Notes: generated by a model from the letters alone, not told the origin. A stretch of DNA of 54,877 nt from Gemmatimonadota bacterium (GCA_031372565.1 JANMLN010000198.1:1-54877), one strand, 5' to 3'; shown: positions 35,268-45,616, counted from the stretch's first letter. Translations and numbers: made by a program.

Positions 35268-36674
35268 TCATATCGTCTCGACGCGGAGGTTGTTCGTCGT
35301 CCCCGGGGTGTCGAACGGCACGCCCGCCGTGACCACGACACGGTCGCCCTTCTCGGCGAGCATGCGCTTGGAGACCACGCTCTTGGCGAGCGTGGCCATC
35401 TCCTCGTAGGTCTCGCAGTGGCGCACCAACTCGGGGATCACCCCCCACACCATCGCGAGCTGGCGATAGGTGCGCGCACTGTCGGTCAACGCGAGGATCG
35501 GCACGCCGGGGCGATGTGACGACACGGTGCGTGCGCTGAAACCGGACTTGGTGAACACGATGGCGCACGGTGCGCCCAGCATCTGGACCGCGGTCACCGT
35601 CGCCGCCGCGATCGTCTCCTCGGTGGACGCCTGCTTCTGGCTGTCGCGCCGCCGGTCGTCCCGGCCGCGACGCGTCCAGCGTTGCTCGACTTCCACGATG
35701 ATCCGGTGCATCGCGTCAACCGCGAGCGCGGGATACTTCCCGGCCGCGGTTTCGGCGGACAGCATGACCGCGTCGGTCCCGTCGACGATCGCATTGGCCA
35801 CGTCGCTCGCTTCGGCACGGGTCGGGCGCGGGTTCTCGATCATGCTCTCGAGCATCTGCGTGGCCGTGATCACCGGGCGACCGTACCGATTGGCCAACTG
35901 GATGATGTGCTTCTGGGCGAGCGGCACTTCCTCGAATGGCAGTTCGACGCCCAGATCGCCGCGCGCCACCATCACGGCATCGGTCGCGATGAGGATGCGT
36001 TCGATGTCGCGCAGGGCGACGTCCTTCTCGATCTTGGCGACGACGAGCATCGCGCGCGGAATCTTCTGCCGCAGCAGCGCGATGTCCTCGGGCTTCCGCA
36101 CGAAGGACAGCGCGACATAGTCGAACTCCTGCTCCACCGCGAAGGTGACATCCTCGAGGTCCTTCTCGGTGAGCGAGGGGGCTGACACGTCGACCCCCGG
36201 GAGGTTCATCCCCTTGTGACTCGACAGGTCGCCGCCATGCACGACGCGGGCCGTGACGCGCGGGGAGTCGACGGAGACGGTCACGATCTCGATGAGGCCG
36301 TCGTTGATCAGGATGCGGTCGCCCGGGTTCACGTCGTCGGCGAGCGCCTCGTACGTGATCGGAAGCTCGTCCCCCTGCTCGAGCCCCTCTGGCACCAGCA
36401 CGATCGTCTGTCCGACCGCGAGGTGTCGCCGCGCCGGCAGGTCGCCGATGCGGATGCGCGGCCCCTGCAGGTCGCCCAGCAACGCGATCGGCTGGCCCAG
36501 CTCCGTCGCCAGTTCGCGCACGATGGCCACGGTCTCGGCGTGCTGCGCGTGCGTGCCGTGCGAGAAGTTGATGCGGGCGACGTTCATGCCCGCCTGCATC
36601 AGGGCCCGGATCTGCTCCTTGGTGCGCGTGGCCGGACCCAGCGTGCACACGATCTTGGTTCGCGGGTGATACAT
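35268..36674 (-). CDS. pyk: pyruvate kinase
   Basis: RTKIVCTLGPA, ARINFSHG, DLQGPRIR, AKIE, MVARGDLGVE, ATQMLESM and PTRAEASDVANA. Confidence 0.97.
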   Translation of the reverse strand: MYHPRTKIVCTLGPATRTKEQIRALMQAGMNVARINFSHGTHAQHAETVAIVRELATELGQPIALLGDLQGPRIRIGDLPARRHLAVGQTIVLVPEGLEQGDELPITYEALADDVNPGDRILINDGLIEIVTVSVDSPRVTARVVHGGDLSSHKGMNLPGVDVSAPSLTEKDLEDVTFAVEQEFDYVALSFVRKPEDIALLRQKIPRAMLVVAKIEKDVALRDIERILIATDAVMVARGDLGVELPFEEVPLAQKHIIQLANRYGRPVITATQMLESMIENPRPTRAEASDVANAIVDGTDAVMLSAETAAGKYPALAVDAMHRIIVEVEQRWTRRGRDDRRRDSQKQASTEETIAAATVTAVQMLGAPCAIVFTKSGFSARTVSSHRPGVPILALTDSARTYRQLAMVWGVIPELVRHCETYEEMATLAKSVVSKRMLAEKGDRVVVTAGVPFDTPGTTNNLRVETI

Positions 36675-36685
36675 GACGGCGCGCG

Positions 36686-37825
36686 TCAGCGAGTCGCGCC
36701 GACCGGCGTCGCGGCGACCTTGCGCGCGAGCCCGGCCAACAGCGTCTCGAAGCTCTTCACGAACGCCGCGAGCCCTTCGGTGAGCAGCTTCTCCGTGACC
36801 TCATCCATCGAGATGCCTTCCGCCGAGAGTGCCGCAAGCGTGGCGCGCGCGGCGGCCTCGCTCCCCGTGAGCGTATCGCGCGATTCGCCGTGATCACGGA
36901 ACGCGTCGAGCGTGGCGGGCGGCATGGTGTTGACCGTGTGCGGTCCGGCCAGCTGTTCGACGTACATCACGTCGCGATAGGCGGGACTCTTCGTGCTCGT
37001 GCTGGCCCACAGGGGCCGCTGCACGCGAGCGCCCTTGGCCGCGAGGGCGGCCCACCGCGGCCCGCTGAAGCGGGCCAGGAAGAGCGCGTACGCCATGCGT
37101 GCGTTGGCAATCGCGGCCGCACCCTTGAGCGCGGCCAGCCGCTCGCGGTGTCCCGCGGCCGTGGCGGCGACCATGTGCGCATCGAGCCGCTTGTCGACTT
37201 CGCTGTCCACGCGCGAGACGAAGAAGGATGCCACGCTGGCCACCCGGTCGATCGGCAGTCCTGCGGCGGCGCGTGCCTCGAGCCCCGCGAGGTACGCCTC
37301 GATCACGCGCGCGTGCGCCTCGACGGCGAAGAGCAGCGTCACGTTCACGTTCATCCCCTCGGCGATCAGGGTCCGGACCGCCGTCGCGCCGGCGATGGTG
37401 CCGGGGACCTTGATCATCACGTTCGGGCGGTCGATCGTCGCCCACAGCCGGCGCGCCTCCTCGACCGTGCCTGCGGCGTCATTCGCGAGATCGGGGGAGA
37501 CCTCGATCGACACGTACCCGTCGAGCGCCTGCGAGCGGGTGTAGACGCCCATGAACTGATCGCAGGCGTCGCGCACGTCACGCGTCGCCAGGTGCTCGAA
37601 GAGCGCGCGGGGCCCCATGTCCGCGCCGACCGCGCGAATGGCCTCGTCGTAGGCAGGGCCGTCGAGCGCCTTCTCGAAGATGCTCGGATTCGACGTCATG
37701 CCCGCGAGCGCTTCGTCGGTGATGCGCGCCGCGAGGGCGCCCGAGTCGAGCAGCCCCCGGTCGATGTAGTCCAGCCAGGTGGAAGTGCCGGCGTCGGCCA
37801 GCGCGTGCAGGCGGGAAGCGCTCAT
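36686..37825 (-). CDS. tal: transaldolase (type 2)
   Basis: WLDY, GMTSNPSIFEKA, VSIEVSP, NVMIKVPGT, NVTLLF, SFFVSRVD and RPLWASTSTK. Confidence 0.95.
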   Translation of the reverse strand: MSASRLHALADAGTSTWLDYIDRGLLDSGALAARITDEALAGMTSNPSIFEKALDGPAYDEAIRAVGADMGPRALFEHLATRDVRDACDQFMGVYTRSQALDGYVSIEVSPDLANDAAGTVEEARRLWATIDRPNVMIKVPGTIAGATAVRTLIAEGMNVNVTLLFAVEAHARVIEAYLAGLEARAAAGLPIDRVASVASFFVSRVDSEVDKRLDAHMVAATAAGHRERLAALKGAAAIANARMAYALFLARFSGPRWAALAAKGARVQRPLWASTSTKSPAYRDVMYVEQLAGPHTVNTMPPATLDAFRDHGESRDTLTGSEAAARATLAALSAEGISMDEVTEKLLTEGLAAFVKSFETLLAGLARKVAATPVGATR

Positions 37826-37923
37826 CGGACTCGGGGATCACGGGAAGTGGCGGGGCGGACGCTCAAGACGGGGCGCCCATCGACCATCAAAGATACCACT
37901 CGTGAAGCCCGAGCGTCGAGCGG

Positions 37924-39351
37924 TCAGTTCTTGGGCGCGGGGGCGAAGCCCTTGCGTTCCATCCGCCCCCAACCCTCGTCGCCGCGCGCCCACTTCCAGA
38001 ACGCCTGCAGGCGGAAGAAGACCGTCATCTGCCGATAGCCCACGTTCTCGATCACGGCGTAGAACAACAGGCGGGCGAAGTCCCCGGCGCGCCGATACCG
38101 GCGGAAGGTGAGTTCCTCGAGGACCACGGCCCAGACCGACAGCAGAATGCCGTAGCCGATGGCCACCGTGAAGAAGAGCAGCGCGAACTCGTCGTTCACG
38201 CTGCCCGTCGCCACGACGAGCACGGTGAGGATCCAGCCGGCAAGTTCGACGACCGGCGACAACATCTCGCCAATGACGAAGAACGGAAAGGAGATCATCC
38301 CCGTGCTGCCGTACTTCGGATTGAACAGGAGGTCCCGGTGGGACACGAGCGTGGCGATCAGCCCGCGATGCCAGCGCTCGCGCTGGCGGCCCAGCACGCG
38401 CGCGTCCGACGGGACCTCCGTCCACGCCACCGGATCGGGAATGAAGGGCATCGTGGCCTTGATCCCGCGCTCGCTGAGGTACCGGTGCAGGCGCACCACG
38501 AGGTCCATGTCCTCCGTGACGTTCCCGGTGGTGTACCCGCCGATCGCCAGCAGAAAGTCGCGGCGAAACAGACCGAAGGCGCCCGAGATCACGAGATTCC
38601 CGCCCAGCCGGTTCCATCCGAGCCGACCGAACAGGAACGCCCGCAGGTACTCGATGGTCTGGATCCCGACCATCCAGTCCTTCGACACGCGTGCAGTGGT
38701 CACGCGGCCCAACTCGACCGTGCTGCCGTTCACGACGCGAATCGTGCCACCCACCGCCGCCACGTTCTGTCCCAGCAGGAACGGGCGCGCCAGCCGCACG
38801 AGCGCGTCCGGCTCGACGAGGGTATCGGCATCAACGGCGATCACGTACGGATAGCGCGCCGCGTTCATCGCGGCGTTGAGGGCGTCCGCCTTGCCGCCGT
38901 TCGCCTTGTCGACCACGAGCAGCCGGCTGAAGCGGCGCGACCGGTAGTACGCCTTCACCGGCTTCGTCACCACCGCGACGGGAAAGGCCGGCGGCACCTC
39001 GTAGAGGTCATACTCCTCCGTGAGCCGTTCCATGGTGCGGTCCTTCGACCCGTCGTTGACGAGCACCACTTCGTGCCGCGGATACTCGAGCGTCAGGAAC
39101 GACAGCACGCTCGCGCCGATCGTGACCTCCTCGTTGTGGGCCGGCACGAGCAGCGACAGCGGCGGCAAGGCGTCGGCCCCGAGGATGCGCTGCACGTGCT
39201 CATCCTCGGCGAGATGCCAGTGCATCCAGAGCTCGGGAATCGAGAGGATGAGCAGCAGCGCGTAGAACGAGTTGATGCCGAGGAAGTAGATCAGCACGAT
39301 CGCCTCGGACCAGGGGGCGATGGCGGCGAGCACGCTGGACAGCGTCGACAC
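37924..39351 (-). CDS. membrane-embedded processive GT2 polysaccharide synthase (PgaC/IcaA-like)
   Basis: N-terminal TM; VPAHNEE, VNDGSKD, NGGKADALN, DAD, QTIEY, SGAFGLFRR, TEDMD and QRERW; C-terminal TMs; WGRMERKGF end. Confidence 0.9.
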   Translation of the reverse strand: MSTLSSVLAAIAPWSEAIVLIYFLGINSFYALLLILSIPELWMHWHLAEDEHVQRILGADALPPLSLLVPAHNEEVTIGASVLSFLTLEYPRHEVVLVNDGSKDRTMERLTEEYDLYEVPPAFPVAVVTKPVKAYYRSRRFSRLLVVDKANGGKADALNAAMNAARYPYVIAVDADTLVEPDALVRLARPFLLGQNVAAVGGTIRVVNGSTVELGRVTTARVSKDWMVGIQTIEYLRAFLFGRLGWNRLGGNLVISGAFGLFRRDFLLAIGGYTTGNVTEDMDLVVRLHRYLSERGIKATMPFIPDPVAWTEVPSDARVLGRQRERWHRGLIATLVSHRDLLFNPKYGSTGMISFPFFVIGEMLSPVVELAGWILTVLVVATGSVNDEFALLFFTVAIGYGILLSVWAVVLEELTFRRYRRAGDFARLLFYAVIENVGYRQMTVFFRLQAFWKWARGDEGWGRMERKGFAPAPKN

Positions 39352-39353
39352 GA

Positions 39354-40421
39354 TCAGCTCTCCGCGAGTTCGAGGATGCCGCCGTCCGAGAGGCCGGAGA
39401 CCATCGTGGCCATGTCCCGGGCGAACCGGTCGTCGCCCGTGCGCGCCTCGCGGAGTACCCGTCGACCGGGCTCGCCGAGCTGCGCAAGGGCCAGCGCGCC
39501 GCGGAAGCGCACCCACCACGCCGAGTCCGCGAGGCACGGCCGCAGCGCGCCGACGAACGCGGCATCCCCGAGCGAGCCTGCGGTGCGGCAGGCCGCCGCA
39601 CGCACGCGCCAGTCTTCGTCGCGCAGCAACGCGGAGAGCGTGACGAGCACGCGCGGATCGTAGAAATGCCGGAGTGACCGCGCGACCGCGAGGCGCACCT
39701 GCGCATCCTCGTGGCCCGCCAGCGCCGCGGCGGCCGTGATGCACGCGGGGTCGGTGCTCTGCTCCGCGATGGAGATCCAGACCTCGAGCGACCGCGGCGG
39801 CGAACCGGGCACCAGCCGGGCAAGCAAGGCCGGCACGGTGATCGAGTGCGCCCGCAGCACGGCCGTCATCTGGATCTGCCGCACCACGAGCGGGCGAGAT
39901 ACCAACTGGTCGAGCACGTCCTCGATGATCGTGCGGTCGGCGATGCGCTCGATGGCCCCGGTCGCGGCGGTTTGCACGGCGGGATGCCGATCGGAGAGCA
40001 GGCGCCGCAGCAGTTCACGGTCGAGCTCGGTCCCGGCCGCCGTCAGCATGCGCGCCGCAGCGAGCCGGTCCCACCACGCACGATTGCGCGCACGCGCGAG
40101 CATCGCCCGCACCCACGGCTCCCGGCGCAGCAGCGGCACCAGTTCCTGACGCGACGCCGGCGGCACACGGCGCGAGAGCGCCGCCAACGTCTCCTCGAGC
40201 GCCAGTCCGGGCGGGGCCTCGCGCAGCGTCGCGATCACGGCATGGACGTCCGTCTCACCGAGCAGCCAGCGCGTGAAGGCGAGCGCCACGGCCGGACCGC
40301 CCATTTCCTGCGTGCGACCCGCGAGCCGACGCCGCAGGCGATTGACCACGATCAGTGCGACCAGCAGGACGAAGAAGACCGCCTGCACCAGGGCGATCAC
40401 GATGAAGACTTGGGCCTTCAC
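39354..40421 (-). CDS. membrane-anchored HEAT-repeat protein
   Basis: N-terminal TM followed by repeats such as LLSDRHPAVQTAA, LLRDEDWRVRAAA and LADSAWWVRFRGALAL; coupled to both neighbours. Confidence 0.85.
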   Translation of the reverse strand: MKAQVFIVIALVQAVFFVLLVALIVVNRLRRRLAGRTQEMGGPAVALAFTRWLLGETDVHAVIATLREAPPGLALEETLAALSRRVPPASRQELVPLLRREPWVRAMLARARNRAWWDRLAAARMLTAAGTELDRELLRRLLSDRHPAVQTAATGAIERIADRTIIEDVLDQLVSRPLVVRQIQMTAVLRAHSITVPALLARLVPGSPPRSLEVWISIAEQSTDPACITAAAALAGHEDAQVRLAVARSLRHFYDPRVLVTLSALLRDEDWRVRAAACRTAGSLGDAAFVGALRPCLADSAWWVRFRGALALAQLGEPGRRVLREARTGDDRFARDMATMVSGLSDGGILELAES

Positions 40422-42394
40422 GCGCGCATCGCGCCCGTCATCGCCATCCAGTTCGAAAGCTTGGCCATCAGGACCCGCAGGCTGACCGGCTTCACGAGGT
40501 AGTCGATCGCGCCCCCGCGGAGCGCGCGCAACTGCTCGCCTTCCGACGCGTGCGCGGTCGCGAACACCACGGCGAAGACGCCGGGGCGCTCGACACGCAA
40601 CCGCTCGTGCAGCGAGTGACCGTCCAGCCCGGGCAAGTCGACGTCGAGCAGCACGAGCGGTTTGCGTCCCACCCGCGGCCGGAGCGCCCGGAGCGCGTCG
40701 AGCGCCTCGGTCCCCGTCGTGTACGCCCGATGGGTGTAGCCCTGCGTGTCGAGGGCGTAGCGGAGCATGTCGGCGAGCGCCACATCGTCCTCCACGACGA
40801 TCACGTCCGGCGCGAGCCGTGCGTCGTTCGCCGACCACACGTGCACGCGCTGCCCGTCGAGCTCGGCCACGCCGGCAGCGTCCACCGCTGCGCTCAGCAT
40901 CGCATCGGTGCCATCGAGCACGCCCGAGGCGCCCACCACCCCCGCGTACCACGCGGGTGCCCCCGCGGGCGCATCACGGGCACTGGCGTCGAGCAGTGTC
41001 ACGAGCGGCTCGACCGCGCCGGCCGACACCATCGCGAGTGCGGTGTCATCGGCATAGCCGACCAGCAGGCCGGGGGTGCGCGCCAGCACCGCATCGGCCA
41101 CGCGACGCACTTCCGTGTGCCATCCGGCAAGCGCCGTTCCGCCAGGCGCCACGCCGGCCGCTCGCACGATCGCGACCGATCCCCCCGGCGGCCGTGTGCG
41201 CCACCGGGCGATCTCCGCGCCCAGCACGGTCCGGAACGTCGCGGCGAGCGGGAACCCGGTCCCCGGATGACAGCCCTCGTCGAGTCGGCGCAGTCGCTCG
41301 GCGTCCAGGCGTGCCGTGACGCGCGCGCGGAGCTCGCTGCCGACGATGGGCTTGGGCACGAACTCGTCCGCTCCGGCATCGAGCGCGGCCTGACGCATGC
41401 GCGCATCCGCCTCGCTGGAGAACACGATCAGCGGCAGCGACGCGAACGCGTCAACGGCGCGCACCGCCCGGGTGAGCGCGATGCCGTTCGACCGGCCAAG
41501 GTTGACGTCGAGCAGGAGCAACGACGGACGACTCCGCTCCAGCTCGGCGAGCAGCTGGTCGGGGTCGAGGAGCGTGCGCACCTGCATCCCGGCTTCTTCC
41601 ACGATGAGGCGCACCAGCGCGAGCACGTCCGGGTCGTCGTCGCACACGAGGACCGTGGCGCCGTCCCAGGAGGCGCGCGCCGCCGCGCGCGCGACGACAT
41701 CGAACACCGCCGCGGCATCGTCATCGGCATGCAACACCCGCGCACCGGCAATCCGGCTGGCACGCCGCGCGGCCGCGGGGGCTTCGCCGTCGTCGAGGAT
41801 GACGAGCGGCACGCTCGACTGCCCAAGCGCGCGGTGCACCGCCTCGGCCGATCCCACGGACGTGACGACGACGTGCGGCGCGGTGCCTCGCAAGGACGCC
41901 GGGCTCCACATCCCCTCGGCGTGCACGATCACGTCGTAGCCGCGCAGCCGCCCTTCCTCGCGCAGGCGATCCGTGAAGTCCGCACGCAGGTCGACGGCGA
42001 GCAGGGACCGGGACGCCCCCACGGCCCCGGGCTCCGCGAGCGCCGGAGCGGCACTCTCGTCGAAGGCCGACCGTAACGCCGCCACATACCGTGCGAGGAT
42101 CGTGGCGCGCTCGGTGGCTTCGAGGCGCGCATCCCCTGCCCACCGAACGGCGCGCTCCTCCATCACGGCCGACAGGCGGCTCGCTTCCGCGAAGCCGTAG
42201 CTCCCGGCCGTGCCGCGCACGCGATGCAGTTCGCGGCGGAGGTTGTCGACGACCTCGGGCGTGTCCGGTTGTTCCGCGAGTCGTGCGCCAAGCGTCCGGA
42301 ACGCCTCCAGCGTGTTGGAGATGGACGCGCGATAGCGCTGCTGCAGCGCCTCGAGGGCCTGCGCCATGGCGGCATCGCGTGCCGGATCGGTCAT
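40418..42394 (-). CDS. multidomain signalling protein: Hpt - degenerate REC - REC - degenerate GGDEF-like - REC
   Basis: ELHRVRGTAGSYGF (Hpt); VCDDDPD..LLLDVNL..FVPKP; HPGTGFP...GYADDT (eroded DxLTGL/GGDEF); VEDD..LLDVDLPGLDG..DYLVKP. Confidence 0.8.
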   Translation of the reverse strand: MTDPARDAAMAQALEALQQRYRASISNTLEAFRTLGARLAEQPDTPEVVDNLRRELHRVRGTAGSYGFAEASRLSAVMEERAVRWAGDARLEATERATILARYVAALRSAFDESAAPALAEPGAVGASRSLLAVDLRADFTDRLREEGRLRGYDVIVHAEGMWSPASLRGTAPHVVVTSVGSAEAVHRALGQSSVPLVILDDGEAPAAARRASRIAGARVLHADDDAAAVFDVVARAAARASWDGATVLVCDDDPDVLALVRLIVEEAGMQVRTLLDPDQLLAELERSRPSLLLLDVNLGRSNGIALTRAVRAVDAFASLPLIVFSSEADARMRQAALDAGADEFVPKPIVGSELRARVTARLDAERLRRLDEGCHPGTGFPLAATFRTVLGAEIARWRTRPPGGSVAIVRAAGVAPGGTALAGWHTEVRRVADAVLARTPGLLVGYADDTALAMVSAGAVEPLVTLLDASARDAPAGAPAWYAGVVGASGVLDGTDAMLSAAVDAAGVAELDGQRVHVWSANDARLAPDVIVVEDDVALADMLRYALDTQGYTHRAYTTGTEALDALRALRPRVGRKPLVLLDVDLPGLDGHSLHERLRVERPGVFAVVFATAHASEGEQLRALRGGAIDYLVKPVSLRVLMAKLSNWMAMTGAMRA

Positions 42395-42532
42395 CGATTG
42401 CGCGGGAGATACTGCACGCTGCAAGCTCCCCAGTGTGTGCAGCGTCGGCAAGGGAGCAGTTCCTTCGGGGGTCGCGCCTCGTTATCGTGGCTGCATCGTG
42501 GCTCAGCGACATCCGCCAAGGGAGCAAGCGAC

Positions 42533-42895
42533 ATGCGCGTCCTGTGCGCCGACGACGAAGAGGACATCCGCACGATTCTCGCGCTCGCGCTCGCCCTCGA
42601 CCCCGAGATCTCGGCGGAGTTCGTCGAGAACGGTGAAGCGGCGCTCGCGCGCGCGCACGAGGGATGGGACGCCTTCCTGCTCGATGGCATGATGCCGGGG
42701 GTGGATGGATACGAAGCCTGCCGCCGACTGAAGGCGGATCCGGTCACGGCCGCCGTGCCGGTCGTTTTCCTCACCGCCAAGACATCGCGCGATGATATCG
42801 CACACGCGCTCGCGCTGGGAGCGACCGGATCGCTCGCGAAGCCGTTCGATCCGATGACGCTGGCCGGAGAGTTGCGACGGCTGCTGGGGCGTTGA
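42533..42895 (+). CDS. single-domain response regulator
   Basis: VLCADDEEDIR, LLDGMMPGVDG, VVFLTAK and KPFDP; GGAG RBS. Confidence 0.9.
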   Translation: MRVLCADDEEDIRTILALALALDPEISAEFVENGEAALARAHEGWDAFLLDGMMPGVDGYEACRRLKADPVTAAVPVVFLTAKTSRDDIAHALALGATGSLAKPFDPMTLAGELRRLLGR

Positions 42896-42903
42896 CGCCG
42901 TCG

Positions 42904-45573
42904 ATGATCGGCGCGCGCGTGGTCGTCCTCGGCTGCGCGATCCGGCGGGTCGTGGCGTTGGCCGGCGGCCTTGCCGCGCTCCTGCTCGTGCGGCCGGTGA
43001 GTGCGTGGGCGCAGCGCGCGGCTGGCTGCGTGACCACGGCGGACGCCGACTCGGCCTGGGCCGCCTTTCGTGCCCAGCGACTCGACGAGGCGCGACGACG
43101 CTTCGCGACCGCCACCGCCCGCTGTCCGACCGATGCCGGTGCGCGCGTGGGCCTCGCCTACGTCGCCTTGCGCGCCGGAGAGTTGAGGACCGCACGCGCG
43201 GGCTTCGATGCGGCGCTCCGACTGGCCCCGGAGAACTACGACGCCCTCACCGGTCGCGGCATGCTCGCCTGGCGCGAGGGCGACCTCGCCGCCGTGCGCG
43301 CCGCCTTCCAGTCCGCGCTCCGCGTGGTGCCCGGAGACTCGCTCTCCTTGGCGTATCTGGCTCGGCTCCCCGCGATGGTCGATTCGACGCCATTGCCTGT
43401 GCGCCGGCGGCCCTCCACCACCATCGTGGCCGCCCGCACCGCATCCCGCCGGTTCGAGGTGCCCGATGGTCGCAGTGGCTGGCGGCCGTTCACGCTCAAG
43501 GCGGTGAACCTCGGCGCCGCGCTCCCCGGCAAGTATCCCTCGGAGTTTCCGCCCGACGACTCGACGTACGAGCGATGGATCGCGACCATCGCGGCGATGA
43601 AGGCCAACGCGGTGCGCGTGTACACCGTGCATCCGCCGTACTTCTACCGTGCGCTGGCGCGGTGGAATGCGGCGCATCCCGGCGACCCGCTCTGGCTGGT
43701 CCATGGCGTTTGGACCGAGCCCCCACCGGGCACGCTCGAGGACGGCTATGACGATCCGGCATGGCACCGCGCGTTCATGGCGGAGATGAACGACGTCGTG
43801 AACCTCGTGCACGGACGCGCGATCATTCCGCCGCGTCCCGGTCACGCAGGCGGTCGCTATATCCACGACGTGTCGCGCTGGACCGTCGCGTGGATTCTCG
43901 GACGCGAGTGGGAGCCGTACTCGGTGGTGGCGTACAACGCTCGGCGCCCCGGCGTGGCGGACTGGAGCGGGCGCTTCATTCGCGTGAGCCGAGGCCACGC
44001 CCTCGAGCGATGGATGGCGCAGGCTGCCGACTCCACGATCGGGTACGAGATGGCGCGCTTCAACGCACAGCGGCCCATCGCCTACACCAACTGGCCCACG
44101 CTCGACCCGCTCACGCATCCCTCAGAAGCGACGCAGGCCGAAGAGCGCGCGCTCCTGGCCATGCGCGGCGAGGAGCTGCCCGAGCCGAGCAAGGAGTTCG
44201 ACAACGACGCCGTCGGTCTCGATGCGCGCCGCATGACTGGCACGGACGCCTTTCCCGCGGGCACCTTCGCATCGTATCATGCCTACCCATACTACCCCGA
44301 CTTCATCCAGCTCGACACGGCCTACGCCGCCAGTCGATCGAGCGAGGGCCCCAGCTCGTACATGGGCTATCTCCGCGCTCTGGTCGCCCATCACGGCGAC
44401 ATGCCCGTGGTGATTGCCGAGTACGGTGTACCGTCGTCGCGCGGCGTGGCGCACCTGGAGCCGCAGGGATGGCACCATGGCGGACACGACGAAGCGGCGC
44501 AGGCGCGCATCAACGCGCGCCTCACCCGCGAGATCATCGAGGCCGGCTGCGCGGGACTCGCGATCTTTGCCTTGATCGACGAGTGGTTCAAGTACAACTG
44601 GGCGGTCATCGACTTCGAACGGCCCGGTGATCGCAATCGGCTCTGGTACAACGCCCTCGACGCCGAGCAGAACTACGGGATCATCGCCATGCGACCGGGG
44701 GTGCGGGACTCGGTCGTGCAACTGGACGGGCGCGGCGACGACTGGTCCACGGAACCTTGGCTGTCGCGCTCGGCGCTGGACACGAACCGCTCGCCGCTTG
44801 CCCTCAAGGCGCTCCGCGTGCAGCAGGACGAGGGCTATCTCTACCTTCGGCTGGATGTCGGCGCGATCGACTGGACGCGCGGGCGCTACCTGATCGGCAT
44901 CGACACGTACCGGCGCGATCTCGGCGATGTCGTCTTGCCGGTCACGCGCGAACGCGTGAGCACCGGGCTCGAGTTCGTCCTCGACCTGCGCGGGGCCGAC
45001 AGTGCGCAGCTGTTGGTCGACGCGCCGTACAACCCGCGGCATCCGGCGCCGGTGAAGGGCGCGCTGCGGCCAACCTCGATTCACGTGTATCAGCGGCCGT
45101 TCGAGACGCGCGCCAACGACGCCGGCCGATGGGAGGAGCTCTTCGTGCCCTCCAACCGAAGGCGCATCGGACGCGATGGCACCGTCTATCCCGAGCGAGG
45201 CACCAATTGGAGCACGCTCCGATTCGGCACGAGCGCGTCCAGCACCCTTGCGGACTGGTACGCCGACTCCACCACGGGGATCATCGAGGTCCGGCTGCCG
45301 TGGGGGCTGCTGAACGTGATCGATCCATCGGCGCGCACGGTGTTGTTCGGCATGGATGCCGACGGCAGCCCCGCCGCGATGCCAACCGACGGGTTCCGCT
45401 TTCTGGTGCGCAGCTATGACCCGCGCACACCGACGCTGCCAGGCGACGCCCTGCCGCTGCGCGGTACGCCGCTTGCCACGTGGAGTTGGCGCCCCTGGGA
45501 GACGCCGCGATGGTATGCGGAACGCAAGCCGCAGTTCGACGCACTGCGCGCGGTGTTCGAGTCGCTGCCGTAG
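42904..45573 (+). CDS. secreted TPR + TIM-barrel glycoside hydrolase-like protein with C-terminal beta-sandwich
   Basis: Signal peptide (AWA-Q); TPRs; KAVNLG, ANAVRVYT, ILGREWEP (acid/base position), SYHAYPYYPDF, VIAEYG (nucleophile position) and DEWFK. Confidence 0.75.
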   Translation: MIGARVVVLGCAIRRVVALAGGLAALLLVRPVSAWAQRAAGCVTTADADSAWAAFRAQRLDEARRRFATATARCPTDAGARVGLAYVALRAGELRTARAGFDAALRLAPENYDALTGRGMLAWREGDLAAVRAAFQSALRVVPGDSLSLAYLARLPAMVDSTPLPVRRRPSTTIVAARTASRRFEVPDGRSGWRPFTLKAVNLGAALPGKYPSEFPPDDSTYERWIATIAAMKANAVRVYTVHPPYFYRALARWNAAHPGDPLWLVHGVWTEPPPGTLEDGYDDPAWHRAFMAEMNDVVNLVHGRAIIPPRPGHAGGRYIHDVSRWTVAWILGREWEPYSVVAYNARRPGVADWSGRFIRVSRGHALERWMAQAADSTIGYEMARFNAQRPIAYTNWPTLDPLTHPSEATQAEERALLAMRGEELPEPSKEFDNDAVGLDARRMTGTDAFPAGTFASYHAYPYYPDFIQLDTAYAASRSSEGPSSYMGYLRALVAHHGDMPVVIAEYGVPSSRGVAHLEPQGWHHGGHDEAAQARINARLTREIIEAGCAGLAIFALIDEWFKYNWAVIDFERPGDRNRLWYNALDAEQNYGIIAMRPGVRDSVVQLDGRGDDWSTEPWLSRSALDTNRSPLALKALRVQQDEGYLYLRLDVGAIDWTRGRYLIGIDTYRRDLGDVVLPVTRERVSTGLEFVLDLRGADSAQLLVDAPYNPRHPAPVKGALRPTSIHVYQRPFETRANDAGRWEELFVPSNRRRIGRDGTVYPERGTNWSTLRFGTSASSTLADWYADSTTGIIEVRLPWGLLNVIDPSARTVLFGMDADGSPAAMPTDGFRFLVRSYDPRTPTLPGDALPLRGTPLATWSWRPWETPRWYAERKPQFDALRAVFESLP

Positions 45574-45582
45574 GTCGCGACG

Positions 45583-45616
45583 ACTACAACACCACTACAA
45601 CACCACTAGAACACCA
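45583..45616. repeat. 11-bp tandem repeat, three copies
   Basis: ACTACAACACC ACTACAACACC ACTAGAACACC; the third copy contains the stop codon of the minus-strand gene. Confidence 0.8.
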
